Origin: Clostridia bacterium
GTDB taxonomy: Bacteria; Bacillota; Clostridia; Christensenellales; UBA1242
Direction of reading: 5' to 3'
DNA: 64,000 nucleotides
NCBI GenBank assembly: GCA_017501645.1
Contig: JAFVWN010000037.1
Location: 2,400-66,399, forward strand
Part shown: piece by piece, positions 19,138-28,211 of the stretch
How the letters are laid out: each line of letters opens with the position of its first letter
Numbering within the stretch: the first letter of the stretch is position 1
The notes under the pieces: model-generated
The model's input: the letters and a program-made list of their open reading frames with translations, nothing else
What the model was told of the DNA's origin: nothing
Databases searched by the model: none
Position numbers and translations under genes: made by a program

Positions 19138-19890
19138 ATGAAAAAGAAAATTTTAAGTTTTATTTTAGCAATATTTTTAATTTTGCCTTGTACATTTGCA
19201 TTATCTGCTTGCAATAATGGAGATGACGAGCCTAAAACCCTAGCTGGAAAAACTGTTAGTTGTTCAGGTTTTTATGATGATTTTAACTTTAATAATGGTT
19301 TGTATTTAAGCTATGATGAAGGCCCTGAAGGGAAATACTATAACAAATATGTTACTTATAGCGAACTATTAGAAATGACACTAGGAACAGATGCTTTTAG
19401 CTATCAAAACAATGAAGCACCAACCACACTTGTTGAAGCAAAAGAGTTATTTGAACAAAAATTAAAAGATATGTTTTGCACTGCATCTGTAAATCCTTAT
19501 ATTCAATTTTCAAATGATTTAACTTATGCTAATATATTTTATTCTGCTGAAGATTTAGCAAATGGAAACAGTTCCGGACTTTATGATGTTGAATGCGTTG
19601 ATACACATAGTGGACAATATATACTAAAAGCAAATGGCGAGGAAATTGTTAGACTTTGTGCATTAAATAGCGACCACAAAGAGTTTACAATTTCTTATCA
19701 AGGTAATCCAAATTTGAGCACTCGCTTTATAACGGAATGGCTTGATTTTAATTTAGATGGCGATTGTGAAACTCAAGTAACCTTAACTGCTACTGACGGC
19801 TCTGGTGATACAATACAAAAAAGACTTGATGAAGTTTTTGGTGCTGAACAAACCATCAGTGTCGTCTTGCTTTATTCAGTTATGAAATAA
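19138..19890 (+). CDS. lipoprotein, unknown function
   Basis: Signal peptide with lipobox ALSAC and an RBS GGAGG. A hairpin terminator CTACTAG...CTAGTAGG lies downstream. Confidence 0.65.
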   Translation: MKKKILSFILAIFLILPCTFALSACNNGDDEPKTLAGKTVSCSGFYDDFNFNNGLYLSYDEGPEGKYYNKYVTYSELLEMTLGTDAFSYQNNEAPTTLVEAKELFEQKLKDMFCTASVNPYIQFSNDLTYANIFYSAEDLANGNSSGLYDVECVDTHSGQYILKANGEEIVRLCALNSDHKEFTISYQGNPNLSTRFITEWLDFNLDGDCETQVTLTATDGSGDTIQKRLDEVFGAEQTISVVLLYSVMK

Positions 19891-20042
19891 ATAAATTATA
19901 AACCTACTAGAAAAATCTAGTAGGTTTTTTCATCTCTAAAAATATATCATAAAGAAAAACTTAAAAACCAGTGTCTAAAAAATAACACACACCGACACCA
20001 CCTTCCCTTATGCCGAAACAAGTTCGGCAACCTTCGGTGCAT

Positions 20043-20301
20043 GGGTAAATTTGCTCTAGCAAATTATACCCCTTGCACACTCGAGGGGCGGAGGTTTGCA
20101 TACTCTTAGTTTTACCAATAAAAAAACCACGGATAAAATCCGTGGCGTTTTTATTGGTAGGACTGAGTGGACTTACTATCATTTATCATTATTTTAATCA
20201 TCTATATATTTACGCTTTACTATTCCCCACCTTATTTGCAAACCAAGAGGTTCGCAATGTTGCAGGGGTAAATTTGCTCTAGCAAATTATACCCCTTGCA
20301 C
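20043..20301 (-). repeat. two copies, 223 bp apart, of an identical 36-nt imperfect-palindrome element downstream of tRNA-Ile
   Basis: GGGTAAATTTGCTCTAGCAAATTATACCCCTTGCAC occurs at 20043-20078 and again at 20266-20301. Flanking sequence has diverged but keeps the hairpins. Confidence 0.85.
20155..20173 (-). repeat. orphan copy of the 3' terminal 19 nt of tRNA-Ile, followed by its own terminator
   Basis: TGGTAGGACTGAGTGGACT at 20155-20173 is identical to 20387-20405 (the tRNA-Ile 3' end). The adjacent hairpin CCACGGA-TAAAA-TCCGTGG (20127-20145) has T/A runs on both sides. Confidence 0.85.
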
Positions 20302-20386
20302 GGTTGGGGGTTGGCGGTTTAAGACCAGGGCCTATCTAGAACAAAAACAAAAATCGAACCCTTTTAGGTTCGATTTTGTTTTGTTA

Positions 20387-20463
20387 TGGTAGGACTGAGT
20401 GGACTCGAACCACCGACCCCCACCTTATCAGGGTGGTGCTCTAACCAGCTGAGCTACAGTCCT
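20387..20463 (-). tRNA. tRNA-Ile (GAT)
   Basis: The reverse complement folds as a cloverleaf. Acceptor is AGGACTG/CAGTCCT, anticodon stem-loop CCACC-CTGATAA-GGTGG, T-loop GGTTCGAGTCC, and CCA is encoded. Confidence 0.9.
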
Positions 20464-20589
20464 ATATTCAAAATGAATTAAATAAAAAATGCTTTCTTTC
20501 AACAAATTTGGGATTTACCCAAATTGTTGATGAAGCTTGCGATTGCACTTTACGGTGCGGACAACAAATAATTTCTTACTTGTTTTGAG

Positions 20590-20666
20590 TGGTGGAGGTA
20601 AGCGGATTTGAACCGCTGACCCCCTGCTTGCAAGGCAGGTGCTCTAGCCAACTGAGCTATACCCCC
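20590..20666 (-). tRNA. tRNA-Ala (TGC)
   Basis: Reverse complement has acceptor GGGGGTA/TACCTCC with the G3:U70 alanine identity pair. Anticodon loop is CTTGCAA, T-loop GGTTCAAATCC, and CCA is encoded. Confidence 0.9.
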
Positions 20667-20843
20667 ATAGACTTTCCTCGTAAAACGCTTTTATATAATA
20701 CCAAAACACTTGCTTTTTGTCAATAATTTTTTTGAATATTTTTTATAAATTTTATTTTCTTTATATTTTTTGATAATATTCTTTCTATTTGTCCGCTTTT
20801 TTGTGCATTTAATCTTGTACTATGTCATTAGAGGTACACAACT

Positions 20844-21692
20844 ATGGAAAATTTAGAAAAAGTAGAAAAATTAATAAATCTAGCACTTAACAAAAATATT
20901 TTTGACTTTGACAACCCTGAAAGCGAAGAAAACCAAAACTTTGGAAGCTTAAACAAACCAATTCAAATAAGCATCACAGGTTTTCAACGGGTTCTTGGAA
21001 TTGGGTTCCCTACTGCTAAAGAACTTATGGATTATCTAATAGAAAATGATGCAGTTACTGAAAGCAACGGCAGATATTTTGTTATTGCTTTTGATAAATA
21101 TATTACCGCCCTTGCAACCCACTTCAACACTCTTGCACCAGAAGATATTTATATCAACAGCAGACCTAATGAAATTGAAGAATCTATGAAAGCAAGTGAT
21201 TTTTATATTCAAAGACTTAATAACCGTAATAAATATTTCAAGAAAAAGGGCAATTATTCATTAACATTAGTGCCAGACCTTAGAACTCTTCTTGAAAAAC
21301 ACACTGTTTTTAATATAGAAAAAGATAAAATTCTCGCCTTCTATGACGCAAATAAAAAACAGATTTTCAATCTTTTTAATCTTAACTCAAAAATGCTTGA
21401 AGATGACTCAAAATTTATGCACGGACTAGACTATGACGAACGAATTTGCGTAAATAAAAACGGGCAGGTGTCTTCATATATTAAAATTTATCCAACATAC
21501 AAAAAAGACCAAGAAGCAGAATGTTTGTGCCTACTTTGTATAATCATAAAACTTCTTTGGAACAAACAAAATAAAGAAAAAATCTATATGTACAAAATGT
21601 ACAAATACTCAGGCTTTAGCGGTGAAGAAATAAACGATTATTACATAAGTGACATTTGTATAAATGATGGCGAAAACTCTCTCCCTTTCTAG
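20844..21692 (+). CDS. hypothetical protein with an N-terminal FtsK-gamma-like winged-helix domain
   Basis: 282 aa. Residues about 38-80 (ISITGFQRVLGIGFPTAKELMDYLIENDAVTESNGRY) follow the FtsK gamma pattern S-I-S-x-L-Q-R-x-h-x-I-G-[FY]-x-x-A-x-x-h-h-D-x-L-E-x-x-G-h-V. I recognise nothing in the rest of the protein. Confidence 0.5.
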   Translation: MENLEKVEKLINLALNKNIFDFDNPESEENQNFGSLNKPIQISITGFQRVLGIGFPTAKELMDYLIENDAVTESNGRYFVIAFDKYITALATHFNTLAPEDIYINSRPNEIEESMKASDFYIQRLNNRNKYFKKKGNYSLTLVPDLRTLLEKHTVFNIEKDKILAFYDANKKQIFNLFNLNSKMLEDDSKFMHGLDYDERICVNKNGQVSSYIKIYPTYKKDQEAECLCLLCIIIKLLWNKQNKEKIYMYKMYKYSGFSGEEINDYYISDICINDGENSLPF

Positions 21693-21703
21693 AGGTAATA
21701 ATA

Positions 21704-22542
21704 TGAAAATATTAAGCGTATATATCAAAAATTTTCAAGGAATAAGCGAACTTGAAGTAGACACTGACGCAAAGATTATAGTTGTAAAAGGTTCAAATGG
21801 TGCAGGAAAAACAAGCTTTATTTCTGCAATAGAGTGGTGTTTATGTTCTGTTCCAAGAATAAGAACAACATTAAATGCAAAAGAAACAACCGTCCGCTTA
21901 AAAATAGAAAAAGACAATCAAATTTATGAACTTGAAACAACTAAATTTTGTGAAAACGACAAAACTTTTATGCATTTTTTTATCACAAAAAACAACACAA
22001 AAACAGAAGTTAAATTCAACGATTACTCAAATTTTATTGAAGAAACCTTTATCAAAAACCCATATTTTTATATGAATTTTATTGACTCGCTTTACTATGG
22101 AACTAAAAAAGGAATAGGCCTAACACTTTCTCACGAAAATATAAAACAAATCAACAATTTTGCTCAAAGACTTGGCTTCCCTATCCCCGGAAGACGCCTT
22201 GTGTTTTCTGGAAATTTGGATTGCGATATTTATATTAACTCACACAAACTTTCAGGAGGCTATTACTCTTCAGGAGACAATGTTTTGCGAATGACAACAG
22301 CAAAAATTATAGCTGTAAAGTTTATTGAAGAGCTTTTACAAAACTCAACCGCACAAAAAAATGTCTTACCTTTGTTTATTGATGATGTTTTTTTAATGGT
22401 AAGCAATGAATATGTATTTTATGTGTGCGAATATCTTCAAAAACTAGGCAATCAAATATTTGTAACAAATAACAATAGTCAGTTGTCTTTCACAAACAAG
22501 AGTGTAAAATATTTAGACTTAGATAATCTTAATAAATCTTAG
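21704..22542 (+). CDS. minimal ABC/SMC-RecF-type ATPase (no coiled coil, no transporter domain)
   Basis: N-terminus MKILSVYIKNFQGISELEV...VVKGSNGAGKTSFISAIEW (Walker A), signature HKLSGG, and Walker B LPLFIDDVF. Start set at ATG 21704 after the GAGG RBS, 11 bp after the upstream stop. Confidence 0.7.
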
Positions 22543-22586
22543 ACATTGTAATTTTTCTATGATATAATTAACAAAAGAGGTAAAAA

Positions 22587-23576
22587 ATGGCAAGTAGTAG
22601 TAACAAAAAATTATCAATATTATATGTTCTAAGAATATTAGAAAAATATAGTGACGAAAATCACCTTTTAACACAAGAAGACATTGTTCAAAAAATCTAT
22701 TCAACATACGGAATGGAATGCGAAAGAAAGTCTATTGGTGCAAGCTTAGACAGCCTTGAAGAGCTTGGTTATGACATTGTAAGAGTCCCAAGAAAAGGCT
22801 GTTTTTTAGGTGAGCGAGCTTTTGAAAACAGTGAAGTTTCATACTTAATTGATGCCATCTTTTCAAGCAAAGTAATACCTAGTTCACAAGCAAGAAAACT
22901 AGCCGAAAAAGTATCTTCAAAACTTAGTATTTATGATGCAAAAAAATTTAAGTACATATACAAAGCTGATGAGATTTCTAGAAGCGACAACAAACAAGTT
23001 TTCTATACAATAGACATAATCAATCAAGCTATTGAAAAAGGTAAAAAAATCAAGTTTAAGTACAACAAATACATACAAAACAATCAAATTCAAGAGCGAG
23101 CAAACGGTAAGTTCTACACCGTAAACCCATATTTTATGGTAAACAGCCAAGGCAAATACTACCTTGTTTGCAACTATGACCATTTTGACGATTTGGCAAA
23201 CTATCGCATTGAACTTATTACAGAAATTGAAATTATAGACAGTGATATCAAACCAATTACAGAAATAAAAGGCTATGATAAAGGTATTGACATTGCCAAA
23301 TATGTAAACGAAAACATCTATATGTTTGGAGGAGAACACATAGAGGCATTGCTAAAAATCGAAAATGAAAAAGCTGTTTCTTATGTTTATGAATGGTTTG
23401 GTAAAAATGCAAGAGTGTACGAAAAGAACTCTACTATATTTGCAGATGTAAAAACTAACGAAATGGCTCTTGTTTACTGGACTTTACAATATGGGGAGTC
23501 CGTTGAAGTCATCTCTCCTGATAGCACTCGTCAAAAAATTAAGGACATTATCACAAAAATGTATAAAAAATATTAA
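22587..23576 (+). CDS. WYL-domain transcriptional regulator (BrxR/CapW/PafBC-like: wHTH + WYL + WCX)
   Basis: 329 aa. N-terminal wHTH (LSILYVLRILEKYSDENHLLTQEDIV...). WYL core KFYTVNPYFMVNSQGKYYLVCNYDHFDDLANYRIELI. C-terminal WCX-like LVYWTLQYGESVEVISPDSTRQKI. Confidence 0.8.
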   Translation: MASSSNKKLSILYVLRILEKYSDENHLLTQEDIVQKIYSTYGMECERKSIGASLDSLEELGYDIVRVPRKGCFLGERAFENSEVSYLIDAIFSSKVIPSSQARKLAEKVSSKLSIYDAKKFKYIYKADEISRSDNKQVFYTIDIINQAIEKGKKIKFKYNKYIQNNQIQERANGKFYTVNPYFMVNSQGKYYLVCNYDHFDDLANYRIELITEIEIIDSDIKPITEIKGYDKGIDIAKYVNENIYMFGGEHIEALLKIENEKAVSYVYEWFGKNARVYEKNSTIFADVKTNEMALVYWTLQYGESVEVISPDSTRQKIKDIITKMYKKY

Positions 23577-23577
23577 A

Positions 23578-23603
23578 AGACTGTTAACAACAGTCTTTTT
23601 TTT
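23578..23603. terminator. bidirectional intrinsic terminator between convergent genes
   Basis: AGACTGTT-AAC-AACAGTCT hairpin, flanked by an A-run upstream and a T8 run downstream. Confidence 0.7.
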
Positions 23604-24012
23604 ATCTTTCAAATTCTTCAATATCTTGAAGTTTTTTGATGTCTACCAAATATTTAGTTTCAAACTTGTTGACAGGCAACGCATATTCTTTTTCAACTTC
23701 ATAATCAACATCATAGCCAGACGGCATATATCTTCCATATGAACAATGCGTAAAAAGTTTTCTAAACGGAATATTGAATGTTCCAACAAAGTACTGCCCC
23801 TCTTCCGTGAAAGATATTGAGCGAAGATACCTATTTATTGCCGTTTGATTTTTAAAAAAATGAAGATATTTTACACCCTTTTTATATCTATGATTGTTTG
23901 GAAGAGTCAAGCCATAAAAACAACCCCCAAGACACTCCTTTTTCCCTGCGGTTAACAATTCAAACTCTTTTTCATTCATAATTCTATATACTAACATATT
24001 TTTATTATACAC
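23602..24012 (-). CDS. hypothetical protein (136 aa), convergent with the WYL operon
   Basis: Uninterrupted ORF with no family recognised. See findings for a weak R / S-x-S / E-x-E spacing. Confidence 0.45.
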   Translation of the reverse strand: MYNKNMLVYRIMNEKEFELLTAGKKECLGGCFYGLTLPNNHRYKKGVKYLHFFKNQTAINRYLRSISFTEEGQYFVGTFNIPFRKLFTHCSYGRYMPSGYDVDYEVEKEYALPVNKFETKYLVDIKKLQDIEEFER

Positions 24013-24091
24013 TCTGCCCTACTTGTTTTCAAGCCCCAAATTTTAACAGGCACAAAAAAAAGACTAAACCACTAGTTTAGCCTTTTATTTT

Positions 24092-26341
24092 TTACTCTTC
24101 GTCAGTCGCCTTTTTAATTGATAAACCAATTCTCTTTTTAGCAATATCAAGAGAAATAACTTTAACCTTAACGATTTGACCAACAGTCAATTCTTCGCTT
24201 GGGTGTTTGAGGTATTTATCACTAATTTCACTAATATGTACAAGCCCATCTTGGTGAACACCAATATCTACAAAAGCACCAAAGTCAATAACATTTCTTA
24301 CAGTGCCCTTAAGAGTCATTCCCTCTTTCAAATCCTCAATTCCAAGAACATCTGCACGAAGCTCAAGGTGTTCGGCTTCTTCACGAATATCTCTACCCGG
24401 TTTAATAAGTTCATTTACAATATCAAGCATTGTAGGAACACCAATTCCAACCTCTTTTGCAAGTTTTTCTTCACCATAATCAGCAACAAGTTCAGGAAGT
24501 CTTGAAACATTGCCATTTTTCACATCTTCTTCAGTCATACCAAAAGTTTTAAGCATCTTTCTTGCACTATCATAACTTTCAGGGTGAACAGAAGTGTTGT
24601 CTAAAATCTCTTTACCGTCTAAAATTCTTAAGAAACCAGCACATTGTTCAAATGCTTTTTCTCCAAGTTTTGGAACTTTAGTAAACTCTTTTCTAGACTT
24701 AAAAGCACCATTCTTTTCTCTGTATGCAACAATATTTTTTGCAATGCCGTCATTAAGACCAGCAACTCTTTTAAGAAGGCTAGGACTTGCAGTATTAATA
24801 TCTGCACCAACAGCGTTTACGCAGTCTTCAACAACACCATCAAGCACTTCTGTAAGTCTTTTTTGTGGCATATCGTGTTGATATTGACCAACACCAATAG
24901 ACTTAACATCTATTTTAATAAGTTCTGCAAGAGGGTCTTGAAGTCTTCTTGCGATAGAGATTGCACTTCTTAAGTTAACATTATAGTCTGGAAATTCTTC
25001 GGCACCAATCTTAGAAGCTGAATAAACAGAAGCTCCAGCCTCTGATACTACTGCATAGTTAACTTTTCTGTCTAAAATCTTGATTAAATCAGCAACAAAA
25101 ATTTCACTTTCCTTGCTTGCTGTACCATTACCAATAGAAACAACATCAACTTTATGTTTTGAAATAAGCATTGACATTATTCTCTTAGATTCTTCTATCT
25201 TTTTAAATGGCTCTGTTGGATAAATAACACTAGTGTCAAGAACTTTACCATTTTCGTCAATAACTGCAAGCTTACAACCCATTCTGTAACCAGGGTCAAA
25301 ACCGAGAATGGTTTTACCTTTAAGTGGAGCTTCCATAAGAAGAGGTTTTAAGTTAAGTTCAAAGTTATGAATAGCTTGTTCATTAGCTTTGTCAGTAAGT
25401 TCTGCCCTTACTTCTCTTTCAATACTTGGAGAGATAAGTCGGTCAAGAGAATCTTCTTGAGTTGCAAATAGTGCATCAGTAAATACAGTATCTGCCTTAA
25501 TTTTGAAGTGTCTTTCAATAATCTCAAGACATTTTTCTTTGTTATATTCTAACGCAACCTTCAAGAAGCCCTCATTCTCGCCTCTGTTAATGGCAAGAAC
25601 TCTGTGTGATGGAATCTTGACAACTTCTTGTTTGAAACCGTCATACATTTGATAAGTGTCTGCAGAAGACGCCTTATCATTTCCTTCTTTGTCAGCATAC
25701 TTGTCAGCATTGTTAACAACTTTAACTTCGTCTTTTTTAGTTTTCTTTTCTTTTTCTTTCTTCATCACAGAAGTAATGAATGCAGATTTTTGCAAGAACT
25801 CACGAAGGTCTTTTCTTGTTTCACTATCATCACTAATTCTTTCAGCAATAATATCTTTAGCACCTTGGATAGCCTCTTCAACAGTCTTAACACCCTTTTC
25901 TTCATCAATAAAAGGAGTTGCAACTTCCTCAAGAGATTTCACATCTTTATCTTGCTTCATTATGATGTCGGCAAGAGGTTCTAATCCCTTAGCAATAGCC
26001 TCAGTAGCCCTTGTCTTTCTCTTTGGTTTGTAAGGTCTATAGATGTCTTCAAGCTCTGTAAGAGTTTTTGCCCCATCTAACTTTTTTATAATTTCATCAG
26101 TAAGCTTGCCTTGTTCATCAATAGATTTGATGATGGTTTGCTTTCTGTCTTCAAAATTTCTTAAATAAGTAAGTCTGTCCGCAAAAGAACGAATAACTTG
26201 GTCATCTAAGCTTCCGTGCATTTCCTTTCTATATCGAGCAATAAAAGGAATTGTTGCATCTTCATCAAGAAGATTAACAAGGTTCTTAGAATATTCTTCC
26301 CTAATATTGAACTCTTTTGCTAAAACATTAATAATATCCAT
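24092..26341 (-). CDS. tex: Tex-like transcription accessory protein (YqgF/HhH/S1 domains)
   Basis: 749 aa. N-terminal IPFIARYRKE motif, central YqgF-like region, HhH region, and a C-terminal S1 domain (GTVRNVIDFGAFVDIGVHQDGLVHISE). Confidence 0.9.
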   Translation of the reverse strand: MDIINVLAKEFNIREEYSKNLVNLLDEDATIPFIARYRKEMHGSLDDQVIRSFADRLTYLRNFEDRKQTIIKSIDEQGKLTDEIIKKLDGAKTLTELEDIYRPYKPKRKTRATEAIAKGLEPLADIIMKQDKDVKSLEEVATPFIDEEKGVKTVEEAIQGAKDIIAERISDDSETRKDLREFLQKSAFITSVMKKEKEKKTKKDEVKVVNNADKYADKEGNDKASSADTYQMYDGFKQEVVKIPSHRVLAINRGENEGFLKVALEYNKEKCLEIIERHFKIKADTVFTDALFATQEDSLDRLISPSIEREVRAELTDKANEQAIHNFELNLKPLLMEAPLKGKTILGFDPGYRMGCKLAVIDENGKVLDTSVIYPTEPFKKIEESKRIMSMLISKHKVDVVSIGNGTASKESEIFVADLIKILDRKVNYAVVSEAGASVYSASKIGAEEFPDYNVNLRSAISIARRLQDPLAELIKIDVKSIGVGQYQHDMPQKRLTEVLDGVVEDCVNAVGADINTASPSLLKRVAGLNDGIAKNIVAYREKNGAFKSRKEFTKVPKLGEKAFEQCAGFLRILDGKEILDNTSVHPESYDSARKMLKTFGMTEEDVKNGNVSRLPELVADYGEEKLAKEVGIGVPTMLDIVNELIKPGRDIREEAEHLELRADVLGIEDLKEGMTLKGTVRNVIDFGAFVDIGVHQDGLVHISEISDKYLKHPSEELTVGQIVKVKVISLDIAKKRIGLSIKKATDEE

Positions 26342-26474
26342 AATTCACTTCCTATAATTTTTCTAGTTGTTCAACTTCTTCATTATACCAAACATTTCTC
26401 AAGATTTCAAACATATACAAAACAAAACTGACAAATTTGAAATTTTACAAAAAAAGAAAGGCAAAAAACCTTTC

Positions 26475-26729
26475 TTAATTTTGATTAGATAAAGCCTTTT
26501 CAATTGCTATTGCTAACTGGTCGGCACAAGAGGTTTGCTTCATTCCGCAAGTATTCCCCTTTAAAATACCAGCAATTTCTTTTGCATCTTTCCCCTCAAC
26601 AAGTTTTGAGATAGCTTTCAAATTTCCATTACAACCACCCATAAACCTAACAGAAGAAATTACACCATTATCTATATTAAAAGAAATTTCTCTGGCACAA
26701 ACACCTGTTGTTCTATAAGTATATTCCAT
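26475..26729 (-). CDS. TSCPD-domain protein (TIGR03905-like)
   Basis: The pattern YRTTGVCAREISFNIDNGVISSVRFMGGCNGNLKAISKLVEG...TSCADQLA matches my recollection of the family. Start set at MEYTY after the GCGGAGG RBS. Confidence 0.7.
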   Translation of the reverse strand: MEYTYRTTGVCAREISFNIDNGVISSVRFMGGCNGNLKAISKLVEGKDAKEIAGILKGNTCGMKQTSCADQLAIAIEKALSNQN

Positions 26730-26758
26730 AAAATTCCTCCGCAATTATTTTATAATTT

Positions 26759-28123
26759 TTAAATCAAAAAAGCAAGTGCTAGACCACAATACACCAAAAG
26801 AGATAGAGTGTCTAAAATTGTTGTTATAAATGGACTTGCCATAACCGCAGGGTCAAGCTTACATTTTTTTGCTAAAATAGGAAGTGCACAACCCACAAGT
26901 TTTGCCATAACAATAGTTATAAACATTGCAAGTGAAATAATAAGAGCAGACATTGCATCTACGCCTTGAGTTTTAAAAGGGAGTCCGTCAATAAGCATTA
27001 TTTTCCCAAAACAAGCCACTGAAACGGTCAACCCAAGCAAAACACCAACAAAAAACTCTTTAAGCATAACCTTAAAAAGGTCTTTAAATTCTATTTCATT
27101 AAGTGCAATTCCTCTTATGATTGTTGCAGAAGATTGACCGCCCGCATTACCCCCTGTTCCCATAATCATAGGAATACACGCAGTAAGCAAAATACCATAA
27201 ATTCCACTGCTTAATAGTGCCTCGTTTTTACTAATTACAAGCCCTGTAAAAGTTGCAGAAATCATAAGAAGCAATAGCCAAGGAGCTCTATTCCACCAGA
27301 GTTTAAATGGGCTAGTTTTAAGATACGGCTTCTCACTTGGAGTTGTCGCAGCCATTTTTGAAATATCTTCAGTAGACTCCTCTTCAATAACCTCTATAAC
27401 ATCATCAAATGTAACAATACCAACAAGTCTTTTTTCCTTGTCAACAATTGGAAGTGCGGGGAAATTATACTGTTTGAAAAGTCTTGCAACTTCTTCTTGG
27501 TCTGTTGTTGTTTCGGCGTAGATAATGTTTTCATTCATTATCTCGCCCACCTTAGTGTCTTCATCACACAAAAGCAAATCTCTAATAGACAAAACACCCT
27601 TTAAAACTCTTGCTTCATTGGTAACATACAAAACATTGATTGTTTCAACATCTTTGCCAAGTCTTTTAATTCTTTTTAAACAACTTTTTACAGCTTTACC
27701 CTCCTGCAAGTCAATAAACTCGGGAGTCATAATAGAGCCAGCGGTGTGGTCTTCATAACCAAGGAACTGATTAATTTGTTGTCTAGTTTCTTTTGTTGCG
27801 GTTTTCAAGGCCCTTTCAACAATGTTTGCCGGCATTTCTTCAATAAAGTCAACCGCATCATCAATATACATTTCTTCAAGAATATATTTCAATTCTTTAT
27901 CAGTCAAAAAAACAACAAGTTTTTCTTGAACATCACTATCAACATAGCTGAAAACTTCTGCACCAATATCCTTTGGTAAAACTTTAAAAACCTTTAATAA
28001 CTCTCTCGGGGATTCTGTTTGTTCAAGCAAATCCGCTATGTCTTGCACATGCATTTCAAGTAGTTTTGCTTTTAATTCTTTGAATTTATTTTCTTTGATT
28101 AGTTCTAAAATCTCTTTGTACAT
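26759..28123 (-). CDS. mgtE: magnesium transporter MgtE
   Basis: 454 aa with an N-terminal MgtE_N domain, tandem CBS domains and a C-terminal 5-TM domain containing GTGGNAGGQS. Confidence 0.9.
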   Translation of the reverse strand: MYKEILELIKENKFKELKAKLLEMHVQDIADLLEQTESPRELLKVFKVLPKDIGAEVFSYVDSDVQEKLVVFLTDKELKYILEEMYIDDAVDFIEEMPANIVERALKTATKETRQQINQFLGYEDHTAGSIMTPEFIDLQEGKAVKSCLKRIKRLGKDVETINVLYVTNEARVLKGVLSIRDLLLCDEDTKVGEIMNENIIYAETTTDQEEVARLFKQYNFPALPIVDKEKRLVGIVTFDDVIEVIEEESTEDISKMAATTPSEKPYLKTSPFKLWWNRAPWLLLLMISATFTGLVISKNEALLSSGIYGILLTACIPMIMGTGGNAGGQSSATIIRGIALNEIEFKDLFKVMLKEFFVGVLLGLTVSVACFGKIMLIDGLPFKTQGVDAMSALIISLAMFITIVMAKLVGCALPILAKKCKLDPAVMASPFITTILDTLSLLVYCGLALAFLI

Positions 28124-28182
28124 AACAAATCCCCCTTTTCTATTATTTTTGAAGCAAAAAACTTTGTTTTTGCTTAATTTTC

Positions 28183-28211
28183 ATAATAACAATAATCACC
28201 TATTTCGTCAA
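28183..28211 (-). promoter_or_regulatory. candidate sigma-70 promoter for mgtE
   Basis: On the minus strand: TTGACG, a 17-nt spacer, then TATTAT, about 55 nt upstream of the start codon. Confidence 0.4.

Noticed and set aside
19961-20282. ORFs 19961..20182 (-) and 20073..20282 (+)
   Set aside because: They lie in the duplicated hairpin, terminator and tRNA-end module. Neither has an RBS and their composition is implausible. The region is better explained as non-coding RNA or repeat.
20387-20666. tRNA-Ile(GAT) + tRNA-Ala(TGC) pair as a sign of an rRNA operon spacer
   Set aside because: No 16S or 23S sequence flanks them. The order on the minus strand is Ala then Ile, the reverse of the usual spacer, and protein genes lie on both sides.
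21664-21703. Upstream start (ATG 21664) for the ABC-type ATPase, giving a 29-nt overlap with the preceding gene
   Set aside because: ATG 21704 is preceded by a GAGG RBS at proper spacing and yields the canonical MKILSVYIKNF... ATPase N-terminus. The longer form adds 13 non-conserved-looking residues. It is not excluded, only less likely.
24176-26033. Antisense and off-frame ORFs inside tex, and likewise inside the P-type ATPase, gltX, relA, thyX and other large genes
   Set aside because: For the same reason: they are shadow ORFs of confidently identified genes.
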